DNA of 64,000 nucleotides. Origin: Octopus vulgaris (taxonomy: Eukaryota). The stretch covers positions 40,238,001-40,302,000 of the forward strand of contig OX597817.1 of NCBI GenBank assembly GCA_951406725.2, read 5' to 3'. The first letter of the stretch is position 1; each line of letters starts with the position of its first letter. The position numbers were made by a program, and so were the translations under genes. Positions 38,530 to 50,800 of the stretch are shown one piece after another. The notes below the pieces were generated by a model. That model ran no database searches. It saw only the letters and a list, made by a program, of their open reading frames with translations, and was not told the origin of the DNA.

Positions 38530-39520
38530 CAGGGTGGCCCAAATGTAGTTTTACAGTTATCATGTAGGCACTTTAAATTTCTTTTAAAACATTTATATAC
38601 ATTTAAATTTCTATTTTGTAATCATATTGTTTATGCTCATCTTAAACAGACAATGTTTAATCTCTTAGATGCTCAAAATGTCCTCCTTCAACATTGCAAC
38701 ATTCTTCCAACTTCTTGAGAACACTCTGACATACAGTGCGGCACAAATTCTGACCTCCATCAATTTCAGTGAACGTGTCAGAAATGTAATCTTTTAATTC
38801 ATTTATTGTTTTGGGATTCTTCTCATAAACCTTGCTCTTTACAACACCCCCCCCCCCAAAAAAAAAACCCCATTGATATCAGATCAGGTGAACATGATGG
38901 CCATTCGATGCTGCCCCATCTTCCAAACCAACGCTGTGGAAAGGCTTAGTTAAGGTAGTCTCTTACTGTCAATGCATAACATGGAGGTGCTCCATCTTAC
39001 TGAATAATGGTTTCATTTTTTTATATAATTAAGATCTAAACTGTTAATATAGGTGCAGGAGTGGATGTATGGTAAGTAGCTTTCTTACGAACCACATGGT
39101 TCTGGGTTCAGTCCCACTGCGTGGCACCTTGGGCAGTGTCTTCTGCTATAGCCTCAGGCCGACCAAAGCCTTGTGAGTGGATTTGGTAAACGGAAACTGA
39201 AAGAAGCCCGTCGTATATATATATATATGTATATATATGTGTATGTGTGTATATATATATATATTTGTGTGTCTGTGTTTGTTCCCCAACATCGCTTGAC
39301 AACCAATGCTGGTGTGTTTACGTCCCCGTAACTTAGCGGTTCGGCAAAAAGACCAATAGAATAAGTACTAGGCTTACAAAGAATAAGTCCTGGGGTCGAT
39401 TTGCTCGACTAAAGGCGGTGCTCCAGCATGGCCACAGTCAATTGACTGAAACAAGTAAAAGAGTATATGAATGCGAAAGAGATAGTTGAATAACTGTAAA
39501 CCTACTTTTGGGCCACCCTG
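38530..39520 (-). mobile_element. Internally deleted Tc1/mariner-superfamily element carrying a nested SINE
   Basis: TIRs of about 30 bp, cagggtggcccaaatgtagttttacagtta / taactgtaaacctacttttgggccaccctg, with TA on the right. Minus-strand Q*DGAPPCYALTVRDYL, EWPSCSPDL and VKSKVYE..PKTINELK...CCNVEGGHFEHL. Confidence 0.88.
39052..39465 (+). mobile_element. SINE family A nested in the Tc1/mariner element (other partial copies at 3761-3843, 5345-5545, 17475-17785, 34435-34580, 35995-36140, 62945-63195, 63415-63965)
   Basis: Near-identical to 14034-14426. Confidence 0.88.
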
Positions 39521-39719
39521 TATATATTACATTACATAATTCTACTAGTGATGGTGTGCACAAGCATGAATTGTATATGTATGTTCACATGTATATACAT
39601 ACTCGTTTTCACTGCGCCATTTATGAATGCTGTAATTAGTGTTTCCATTGCTATATTTTTCTCATTTTATTATATTTCTGCACAAAGCCTATATAAATAT
39701 ATGTGTGTGTGTATATATG

Positions 39720-39785
<66 letters not shown>

Positions 39786-39827
39786 TCTATGTATGTATAT
39801 ATATATATATACATACATATATCTATG

Positions 39828-39868
<41 letters not shown>

Positions 39869-39870
39869 TG

Positions 39871-39916
<46 letters not shown>

Positions 39917-42119
39917 CATATATATATATACATATATACATACATGTATACATACATATATATATGTATGTATATATATATATATATATATATATCTTAT
40001 GATTCATAACTTAAACAGTTCTGCTACAATAACTGAGAAATTTTCATATAACATTTTGTTTTAATGTGCAAAGAGTAAGCTTGTATTTAGGCTTAATAGA
40101 TATGTAGGTTATGAATATTAAGACATGGTATAAGATGTGCCCCAGGAAGGACTTGGTTGTACACATTCCTTGATTTAACATCCTAGTAGCCTATATATCA
40201 AACTGGTTTATAGCACAGGAATAAACAATGGATAAGAATTCAAATCTCATCAAATGCTTGCTTTTTGTTTATATACATGTTTTTGAACAGTAACGATTTT
40301 ATCTTTATGCACATATGCATACAAATCAATGTACTTATAAATGCTACATATAAATTTCAGACTAGTATGAAATACACCTTAATTCAGTGAAGTACTTGGC
40401 ATATTATATGTGCAAAGACTGTATTTCTGTTATTAATGAGGCAATATATATTGTTACAGTGCATTTGTGTAACGCCTCAAAGAAAAGAGTTCTTATCTTT
40501 GAGCAGGTACAGAAAAATGTAATCAAGCAAGTAAGTGTATGGTTGCTATTTGCATATATACTCATATGTATATATGTGTGAGTGTATAAACGTATAACTA
40601 GACTGATAGTTAACATGCTCTCCTATAATTGTGTGTTGTGCATGTAGACAGTGTGGGAGTTGTTAGGAGTGAGTATCATTCATATTTTAAAATCAAATTT
40701 GGTCCATTATTCCAATATTTTATTGGAAATCATTGCTTTTGACCCATCAGCCAAATAACGTATAACTCTTCATGTTCCTTTTGTTTTTTGTTTTGTTTTG
40801 TTTTTTCTAATTCTTTTTCTTCTTTTTTTTTTGCTATAGATTTAATTTAATGGATTTCTGTTTAGAAAACAGAATTAGTTTGGGAAAACAGGTGAATTAC
40901 ATTTCTTGTAAATAAGATAAAATAGATATTTATAATGTAATATAAAAAAAAATTGAAACTACAATATGTAGGCACCATATTGTGGCCCTAGGCAGATTCC
41001 ATTTCTTCACTTGCTCCAATTTCTTTGTTAATAGCAACAGGGTTCTCTTATTTAGCTGTAGTAAAGTCTCAATGATAAATGCCTTGATTACACAAATTAA
41101 GATATGCTTTGTGTGATACATACATGTCTAATTACTATATAATTACAGTTTCTATAGGCCTGCTGGGTAGATAATAAGAGCTGACCTTGGGCTAAACAAC
41201 AATAACAACACACACACACACATATATATTTACTTTATTCATTTAATGGTTTCATTCATGGGACTGCCACCATGCTTGGACACCATTTTCAAGTCAATGA
41301 AATCAATCAACCTCATTATTCATTATTCTAGTTTGTTATTTATTTTATTGATCGCTATCGAATGGCTAAGTCATCTTTCTACCTAAAAGAATCAAACTGA
41401 AAATACTGTCCTCCTAGATGGGTTGAAGGCCAACATCTTGCTCGTATAGTCCATCTGACATAGCTTTTACAACTTGATGTCTTTCTCAACGTCTGTCACT
41501 TTATAGGGTGCACTGGGTACATCTTATCATGGCATCAGCACTAGTGAGGTTGCCTTGTACCTCATAAGATTAAAGAGTCCCTAGTATTCACTCACAACTA
41601 GGCAAATAGAAAAGAGGGCAATGGCAGAAGATAAACTAGGTTTGAGAGGGTGAATGAAGAGATAATATAATAGGAAAAGCAGAATGATTGGGACAAGAAA
41701 GTGATAGAGTAGGAACAATGAAAGGAGACAGTGCTGGATGGAGTTATGGAAGACACTGTGCTGGAGGGAATAATGAAACAGAGACAGTAATATTGAAGAA
41801 TGATGAAAGAGAAGCAATAATGGCAACTGCATTTTTGCTGGAAAGAGAGTAAGTGATGGGTAGTAGTAGGGCTGGGCTCTATTCTAAAAGGGAGTGACAT
41901 GGGAGAGAAGAATGATGATTAGATTAGCAGTACAGAAGGGTGATGGTTGGATGTATTAGATATGAACACTACACAGGGATCATCATGAAAGAGAGAGAGG
42001 CAAAGAGATAAGGATGTTGGTTGTGTTAAATATGGACTATTCCAGTGCCATTCCTTAGTACATAGGCATCATGGCACAGCAATCAGGAAGGAGGCGAGAA
42101 AGTGGTAAAGAGACAGTAC

Positions 42120-42164
<45 letters not shown>

Positions 42165-42208
42165 TATATATATCATCATCATCATCATCATCATTTAACG
42201 TCCGCTTT

Positions 42209-42251
<43 letters not shown>

Positions 42252-42659
42252 CATAGGAAAATTATAGTTTTAGACTAAACTTCATTAAGGGTGTGAATAA
42301 TACCCGCATTGCTAGAAATAGGAGCTAAAGTGCTCCAAAGCTGTTACAAAGCATATAACATGTACTTTGATAAGGGCTGCAATTGCCCTGAACACCGAAC
42401 CGAGAATTCCTTAGACTGACTGGCTATTTTGGGCTATTTCCATACCCATCTTCAGTAAGCCAGCTCATTTGGTTGATTCCAGACTAGCTTGCCTATCAGA
42501 GTATAGATATTCACCATAAAAATCTATGGATGATTTAGCACATTGCTAATGTTCCCTTCTTTCTTCCTCTCCTGTCAAACCATTTTTTTCCCAACTAGCT
42601 GCCATGCTTGATTGCTAAGTCCACAAGTGTTTTTTTATTCTCTTTCTGTTTATTTTCTC

Positions 42660-42792
42660 TTATTCCTTTCTGTTGAAGAGTGTAGGCTCAAGAAGTAAAA
42701 GACTTTCTCACTTTCCCAAGCATCAAACTAATACACCTACTTGTTGTTTATACACCTGTCTTTGTCTTTTGTTTTCCAGTAAATTTCAACTA
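42660..42792 (+). mobile_element. Short Penelope-like repeat with a decayed hammerhead-like core (antisense copy at about 34985-35118)
   Basis: ctgttgaagagtgtaggctc...aaactaatacacct.cttgttgtt..tacacctgtctttgtcttttgtttt..gtaaattt.aacta(ta)n, with its reverse complement at 34985-35118. Confidence 0.5.
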
Positions 42793-43061
42793 TATATATA
42801 TATATACATATTTATGTATATATATATAACTCCAAGAAAGTTAGGAATTGTGGGTCCCACCCACTAATGGATAATATTTATCCAATATACAGTTGGTATA
42901 ATACCCAATTATTAATACACAAGTGTTTTTTTATTGCATTGCAATTAACTTGCCGAGTGTATTAAATGGGTGATGGTAAAGAGATATTTTACCATTAATT
43001 TATGTTGCAAAGAGAGAGAGAGAGAGATGTACACATGCACACACACACACACACACACACA

Positions 43062-43330
43062 TAATTCCTGGACAAATTTTACAGGCAAAACAAACTAGTA
43101 GGAGACCCAGGGATAGACCATGAGCAGCATGGTTAGATAACATCCATGAGCTCAATTGGTCTCACTTGGAGATCCAGCTGGATCAATTAGAGAAAGTTCC
43201 TTCTGACAGGATCTGATGGATGGTGTGTTTAAGGACTCTGACCCTACAACCCTCCCAGAATAACTAAGGTAAGAAGATGAGAGGAAAGAAAATTCCTAAG
43301 TGACTCATGTCAACATGGAGGAGTTGATGT
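43062..43330 (+). mobile_element. Degenerate Expander/Rex3-like RTE LINE 3' end
   Basis: IPGQILQAKQTSRRPRDRP*AAWLDNIHELNWSHLEIQLDQLEKVPSDRI*W resembles the Rex3-type GRRPRGRPRTRW...LAWERLGIPPEELEEVA. Confidence 0.7.
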
Positions 43331-44131
43331 AAAACAAAAATATATTTGTAATAAGATTACAGTGGCCAAGGTGCCACAGAATGGAATTGAACCTGGGACC
43401 ACATGGCTCTTTTTCACCAAGTTTTCATATTTATTTTATTTCTATTTTTTTTCTGTGCTTTATTTAAATATAAAACCTGTATTCATCATTCATTCACTGG
43501 TGACAAACAAAGAGATTTAATTTAGAGACCAACAATTTATTTGAAAACTTTAAGAGAAGAAGAAAAAAAAACTATATTTAGTATAAACCAGTATAGTCAT
43601 TAATATATACACTCCTTGTCAAGCCAGTTTATTAATTACATGTCATTAAGCGAACTTAAAGGTCATTGATACAGGTAAAACTATTCTAAACTTTTCCAAG
43701 CATCATGATTCTCTTCAGATATATTCTTCCTACCATCTCAGCGCCACAAAATTCAATGAAATGGTATTGATTTAATTCTTAAGAAATTATTCAGTCTGTG
43801 TAGTCTGTTGTTGGTTTGATTTGCTGTTTATTTGTTTTTATATCTTGTTTTCATTTATTTTGATTTGTAAATGAAATTATATAAGCAACAAATATTTTCA
43901 TTGAGAGAACCTGAAGCCATAATTGGAGAAAACGTTAGATTCATACACTTATGGTTCTACTTTTATTTTTGTTTTTGTTAGTTTTCATAGATACTGTAAT
44001 TGCTATCTCGTTTGCAATTGTTTTTACAAATTAAACAAACATACTGATAATAATAACAATAATGAATATAGTGTACTTGATGGCACTGTGAAAAAAAATC
44101 ACATAAAACTACTTTTAAGACATAATGATGA

Positions 44132-44184
<53 letters not shown>

Positions 44185-44185
<1 letters not shown>

Positions 44186-45540
44186 TCTTGGTGTACTGGA
44201 ATTCAGTGGTATAATGGAAACAAATATCTAGGTATATTGGAACTCAATGATACTATATGTAAGGAAATGAAGGAAATGAAAGAAAATAATATATCTAAAA
44301 AGATTAAAGCTTGTATTGAAGTCCGAATATAATTCAAGAAATTTGATAAATATGATTAATGCATGAGTGGTTGCTGTCATGCGATACAGTGCTGGAATAG
44401 AGAATTGACAAAAAAAATTTTTAAGAAGCAGGCATTCAGCAGACAAATGCATGGAACACTTCATCCGAAGGCAAATGTCAGTTGTTTATTTGTGAAAAGG
44501 AAGATTGCAAGGCAAAGACTTATTAGCATTTCTGCTTGTGTGAATGAAGTGCAAAGATCAGTAAACCACTGCTTTGCAAAAAGTGAAGAAGAACTGTTTA
44601 AACATGCAGCAATAAAACCAGGATTAGTATGGAGCTTGAAGAGATGAAAACATGCAAAAGCAGGATAATTTGTGAATGAAAGGAAATATTGGAAGAATTG
44701 TAATTACATGGACAATTCCATAGAGATACCGAAATTGTGGAAAATCTTGACCCATCGTATTAGCTCTGGCATGGAGATTTAAAATGGGAAACTGAAAGTT
44801 TGTTGGTGGCTGATCAAAATCAAACTCCAAACATTACTTTGGTGAGCAAGAGTATTTATTCCACTACTTCAAAGAATAAGTGTTGCCTATGTAATTAAGG
44901 TGTAGAGATTATTGAGTATATTGTAACAGGCTGCAAAATACAAGAAAGAATACAAAGGATGCCAAGATGAGGTTTGTCGTAGTTTACACTTTTACTTTCT
45001 AAAAAATAGGGATACAACACTTCATACAGGTGATAAAATCATGTATCAGGGAGGGAAGTAAACGAACATGGTAAATCAAAATTTCTATGGGATTTTGAAA
45101 TCGAGACAGACAGAAAAATTTAACACTATAGACAGGATATTATTATATTTGGCATAAAAAAGAAAGTACCTCAAAATAGATGTTGCAATCTCTTCAAATG
45201 AAAACATTGTAGACAAGGAAATAGAATAAGATCTTGAAATATACAGATTTAAAAGCAGGGATATTGAAATATAGAGATGCCCAGCCACAAAAGTGAAAGT
45301 TATAACAGTTATCATCAGAGCAAGCAATAGTTTCTCTGCTGGGGTCAGCTCGTGTTTTGAGATTGGAACTTCGATGTTGAATGTCTCCCACGATAATTAA
45401 CAAGCAAGTATCAAAGCTTATAATGTGCAGAAAGAGACCCTGTGAGACCTCTGTAGATTCTACAGTCCGCGGTCACAGAATCTACCAGGACAAATGAGAC
45501 CAAGTGTTCTGAGAAGTAAAACAACAACAACGACAACAAT
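44185..45540 (+). mobile_element. R4/Dong-type non-LTR retroelement fossil (RT end, CCHC finger, restriction-like endonuclease)
   Basis: YLKRLKLVLKSEYNSRNLINMINA*VVAVMRYSAG, HGTLHPKANV, ETESLLVADQNQ, CCLCN..EIIEYIVTGC, LWDFEIETDRKI and DVAIS..IVDKEIE. It is preceded by (AAT)n. Confidence 0.85.
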
Positions 45541-45775
45541 CATCATCATCATCATCATTTAGCGTCTGTTTTCCATGCTAGCATGGGTTGGACGGTAGCA
45601 TGGGTTAGAAATCATCATCATCATCATCATCGTTTAGCGTCCGTTTTCCATGCTAGCATGGGTTGGACGGGTCAACTGGGGTCTGTGAAGCTGGAAGGCT
45701 TCGTCAGGCCCAGTCAGATCTGGCAGTGTTTCTACGGCTGGATGCCCTTCCTAACGCCAACCACGCCAATAATAA
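45537..45775 (-). mobile_element. Two RTE 3'-tail fragments (other copies near 6650-6727, 15200-15412, 18668-18860, 50883-51060, 53585-53853, 57360-57410, 58620-58807)
   Basis: Reverse complement of the 33630-33783 tail: (cat)n, ttagcgtccgttttccatgctagcatgggttggacgg...ggatgcccttcctaacgccaacc. Confidence 0.85.
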
Positions 45776-45921
45776 TGATAATAGTAACAGAAAGGATTGT
45801 TATTATTATTATTATATGTACAATTGGAAAGAAAGGTGTGTGGAATATTTATTTAGTTATTGACATCTATATTCATTATGTGTGCAATCCAACAACAGAG
45901 CCTCTACCTGGTGTCTCGATT

Positions 45922-45960
45922 TGCTGTCACATGGGAGACCAGGGTTCGATTTCCCACTGG
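45922..45960 (+). pseudogene. tRNA-Asp(GTC)-like 3'-half fragment
   Basis: gctgtcacatgggagaccagggttcgatttccc resembles tRNA-Asp gcctgtcacgcgggagaccggggttcgattcccc. No D-arm or acceptor stem. Confidence 0.55.
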
Positions 45961-45981
45961 ACAAGCTTCCATGTCATTAAA

Positions 45982-46193
45982 GGTGGCGAGCAGGCAGAAC
46001 TGTAAGCATGCCAGGCAAAATGCTTCGTGATATTTTGCCCGCCACTACATTCTGAGTTCGAATTTCACCAAAGACAACTTTACCTTTCATCCTTTTGGAG
46101 GTCGATAACTTAAGTACCAGTGAAACACTAGGGTCAATGTAATCAACTAGTCCCCTTCCCCAAATTTCAGGCAATGTGCCTATTGTTGAAAGA

Positions 46194-46195
<2 letters not shown>
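45982..46195 (+). mobile_element. SINE family B with an (ATT)n tail
   Basis: Family B consensus followed by (tta)n at 46195-46241. Confidence 0.8.
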
Positions 46196-46241
<46 letters not shown>

Positions 46242-46244
<3 letters not shown>

Positions 46245-46830
46245 ATATTTTACTTTTAATCTGCATGTTTGTTACAATCACTTGCCGAGACACACCAGCG
46301 TCCTGAAGTAAGTGAAGGATAAGAGATATTACAGTATGACTGAAAGCTTGGCAGGAGCAGTAGTGAAATATCTTTACGTAAACACAGACATTTAAATGGA
46401 TAGGGCCTTTCTAAGGATGTGGGCAGTACTTGTCAGCACGATCTTTCGGATTTCTCTGAGACATGGTTCTCCTGAGATTTTATCTAGGTGTTTCTGACAT
46501 CCCTTTTTTTTTATCATACCTAGGGTACCCACAATAACAGGAACAGTTCTTGCTTTAAGATGCCGCATCTTTTGTATTTCAATTTCCAGGACCTTATATT
46601 TACTTAATTTGTCAAATTCCTTTACAGATATATTTTTATCAGTGGGAACACTTACATCTATCAGTCTACAAGTATTTTTGTTCTCTGTCTTTAATGACTA
46701 TGTCTGGTCGATTAGTCTGAATCGTTCTTTCGGTGTTGATTAGAAAATCCCAGAGGATAGTGACATTTTTACCTTCAATGACTGGCTCAGGATGATGTTC
46801 ATACCAGTAAGCAGGTCAATTTTAATTGAC
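46242..46830 (-). mobile_element. R4/Dong-type element 3' end (RLE domain and 3'UTR)
   Basis: Minus-strand EHHPEPVIEGKNVTILWDFLINTERTIQTNRPDIVIK..LIDVSVPTDKNISVKEFDKLSKYKVLEIEIQKM...VPVIVGTLG...TAHILRKALSI*, ending at (TAA)n. Confidence 0.88.
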
Positions 46831-47659
46831 CATATATATATATATATGTATACACACGTACATACACACACACTGATATATATACATATACATGGATACT
46901 GGGTTTGTGTAGATAAGTTTCAACAAGGGAAAACTCTTAATTTGCATGATAATTTCAAATGGTTTAATTAATTTAATTACAGTAACTCAAGTTTCATGCC
47001 AGGCAAAATTCTACCCCATCTGAAATAAATTAAACTTGTTTTCCCTCAACATACATCAGGCTGCTTAAAAAACAATTACGACAATAGCTACCAATAATTT
47101 ATAACAAATCACAATGATACCCAGATTTGGGAGAATGAGTAAATATCTAAGAGGGGCAATAACTCAGGCTTTATCATGTTGTCTTTCTTGACATTGGAAA
47201 CTTATTTCAAGAAAAGTTTGCACAAGAAATGTATCATCACATCTTCACATTTTTCTGAGCAAAACATATCTGTTACAGTTTTGTTTTCAATTAATTAAAA
47301 ATAAAATTAATCATTCATAGAAAGATAAGGAAGAAAATTAGATTGTTGAGACACTGAAGAAAATAAAAGAAGAAATAAATTAACTTAATTTTTCACGTTT
47401 TTTTTTTCTTCTTTTCTTTCCTAAAATACTCTATCTTGAAATTTAAATGCAAACACAGTGACTTAAAATCGTATTTCATGGCAAATACAATTGCGAAATA
47501 CACAATCACATGTGCACATTTATCTGAAGGAAATATGGTAGCTATTATTTTATAGAGAATTAGTTCTCAATAAGCTTCCTTAACACAAACCAAAAATGAG
47601 ATTTATGTTGTCACAAAAAAGCAAAAAAATCCTTTAAGTCTTAAAATATCAGCTCTGTT

Positions 47660-48000
47660 CTTTAGAAACATTTTGCCATAAACAGAAGCAAATGGTGGTT
47701 TATAACCAAGAAGAATAGTCTGCAGTTTGAGAAAATCAGAATTGCTTATCAAATCATGAAACATAATGTGGGAAAACAGCAGGTTGTTGAAGTTCTGCAT
47801 GATGGAGGGCCCACCATCTGCAATGACATTATACTTACAAAACATGGGCTTGTCATCCATGAAAGGTCACAGATGCTTATATACACACAGATCTGAAAGC
47901 CCCCCAAGAACTGCTGGCCTTTATGTCCAAATATGTGCTCATCTGGTGCCAGGCTGAAAATCCATTTGGAAAAAATATACAAGAGCAGAACTTCTAATGG
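47660..48000 (+). mobile_element. Degenerate RTE LINE C-terminus with zinc-finger remnants
   Basis: NRSKWWFITKKNSLQFEKIRIAYQIMKH...TICNDIILTKHGLVIHERS...LCPNMCSSGARLKIH. Confidence 0.5.
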
Positions 48001-48478
48001 TATGATTGTAAACAAAGTTATAAACTACATTTGTCACAAAAATAATCTGAAATAAAAGTGATGCAATTTACTTAACAGAGGACCCTTGAAGGAAAGCCTA
48101 ACCTGTTATAGGCATATCTCTACAATGAGGAGATGGTTATGCTGAAAACCAAGTTGACAACCAACATATATATTAAATAGAAGCAAATGATTCAAAGTAG
48201 TACAACTATAGCTTACATAAGATCTATAATCACTAAGCATGCATAATGACTTGACAGGTAGACAATGCTTTCACTGTATGTCTATGTAAATAATCAACAA
48301 ACAGAAACAATGGCCTGCATACACACACACACACATACACACACAACACACTCACACACACATATATATACATATGTGTGTGAGTGTGTTGTCTGTGTGT
48401 GTGTGTTGTATGTATTTATAAACTTACTTGAAAATGGATGCATGGCGTTCAATAAAATAATAATCTAATATGTGTGTA

Positions 48479-48526
<48 letters not shown>

Positions 48527-48546
48527 CATACATACATACATATATA

Positions 48547-49043
48547 TGCAGATTGCACTTTTCTGCAAATTGATAATGTGAGACTCAATTCCAGTATCCT
48601 TCAGACTCTTAGGTAGTAGCTGTCATCTTAGTTTTCCACAATCTCTTCACCTCTTTGACTGCTAGGTCCTGATATTTCTTAGTTTCTTTTTCAATTTCTT
48701 TGGTAGTACAGTAAAGTCTGTGATCTTACAGTTTGTTTCTTTTGTCCTGTATAATCATAACTAATCATTTTGATTCAGTTGTATGGTCAGTCTTTATGAC
48801 TATTATTATTACTGTTGTTGTTGTTGTTGTTTGTTGTTTGTTGTTGTTTGTTTGTTTGTTGTTGTTGTTGTCATTGTTGTTGTTGTTGTTACTATTATTC
48901 AGATTCTGCCATGGTTGACTTTGCTTTTCATCCTTTTGGGGTCGATAAAATAAATACCAGTTGAGCACTGGGATCAATGTAATGGACTTACCTCTCCCCT
49001 GAACTTACTGGCCTTGTGCCAAATGTTGAAACCACCACCACCA
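48547..49043. repeat. Left arm of an inverted duplication of about 490 bp (R4/Dong fragment + microsatellite + SINE fragment)
   Basis: Reverse complement of about 52455-52931. I counted about 11 differences in the roughly 250-bp R4 part by eye. Confidence 0.9.
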
Positions 49044-49134
49044 CATATATATGTGCATGTGTGTGTGTGTGTGTATACATATATCTATATTATGTTATTA
49101 TATATTTATATATATATATGTGTGTGTATATATT

Positions 49135-49165
<31 letters not shown>

Positions 49166-49292
49166 GAATATATTTATACATATATGAATATATATATATA
49201 TGAATATATTTATACATATATGAATATATATATATATATATATATATGAATATATATATGAATATATTTATATATATATATATATATATATA

Positions 49293-49466
49293 GTTATCGC
49301 CATACTAATATGGCATTCTTATAAAAATAAGAATAAAGCTGTCCGCTTATTAGCTCCATGAGGCCATCGCCTTAAGTTAGCTATTTGATACACAAACTGT
49401 ATCCATATAACCTTCGAACAAGGGAGGTCAGTCGCTCCACACTACTTGATCGACAGCTACAGACGC
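49293..49466 (-). mobile_element. Short CpG-retaining SINE-like element abutting (TA)n
   Basis: Minus strand starts gcgtctgtagctgtcgatcaagtagtgtggagcg and has a GTTCGAA B-box-like motif. It ends at a (TA)n tract. Confidence 0.45.
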
Positions 49467-49499
49467 ATTTATATGTGTGTGTGTGTATTTATATATATA

Positions 49500-50155
49500 T
49501 CAAAGGTTAGCTGAGTTAGAGGTTAAAAATAACCGTCTAAGAGATAGAAGTATCCATTACATTACTGGTGTATTACCTATGTTTAACCATGGGCATACAT
49601 ATGCAAGCATATTATGCTCATAAATTATAGGTAAAGACAAAGATAAACATAAGTTTATCAAGAATGTTCTTCTTCTTTATTTATTCTTCACTCTGATGAA
49701 GCTCCATGTTTCAGATCAGTTCTATTATCAAATATGATAAATATTTTAGCATATCAGTGGCAGCAGCATACAAAATTGGAAGCAGAAACAGCTGTTAGAT
49801 AAGATACAATCTATCTGTGTTCAATTAATAAATAATAATTGATGTAAGTCAATTGTAGTTCATCGATACTTCTCCATTTTCTGTCTTCTTTATATCTATA
49901 TATATATATAAATTTAGATAGAGATTAAAATAACCACCTTAAGGGATAGAGAATATACAATGAATTACTGGTTTGTTACCTATTATTTTGTTGTGAATAG
50001 TAATATTTCTAAAATAATAGGTTTAAGTGTAAATCGTGGTTTATAAATATTCAAATTAAAATCCAGAAAATGGAGAATAGCATTAATATAAATTATATAA
50101 AATATATAATAAATTATATTAATGATACTTCTCCATTTTCTGGATTTTAATTTGT
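49500..50155 (+). mobile_element. Penelope-like tandem/inverted fragment with a minimal hammerhead motif
   Basis: Repeat start ttaaaa(a)taacc...gataga...attactgg...ttacctat at about 49523 and 49925, CTGATGA...GAAACAGCTGT at 49693-49795, and a hairpin at 50053-50153. Confidence 0.5.
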
Positions 50156-50190
<35 letters not shown>

Positions 50191-50769
50191 CATGGACTCT
50201 CCTATTGTTAAGTGACGTATGAGGGTTCAGCAATTTCTTGCTGAACAACCACACAAGATGATTTGTTTATAGTAATCAAATGTTTGTGTACACTTAAGCT
50301 TACTCCCTCCATCAAATCGACATTACCTGTACAGGTGTACCGTGTGACACATGTCAGATGACAAAATGATTGCAGAGCAACATGAAATGAAGTGCTTTAC
50401 TCTAGAATGCAAAGCAATGCATGGCCTGGAATTGAAACCATGATTTCACAATTACGCATGCAGCACCTAACACACACCTGTGTGTGTGCACCTTCACACA
50501 CACACACACACACAATTCTCTTGGAGAATTACATTGTGGGGAAACAATTGTAGTGATTAAAAAATAAATGTTTAACCGTAACCCCTCTTGTTGACTCCAA
50601 TTTTTTCACTTATATATTCACACATGACACATGCCCAAGCACAAACTTGAAAGCTGATAACTTTCAGCAAATAAATAAAGATTCTGGGAGTCATTATTTT
50701 GATTTCAATAGCCAGTTGAGAATACTATCCCTGATAAAAATAAGCAGCTTCCACTTTGTGCGTGCGTGT

Positions 50770-50800
<31 letters not shown>

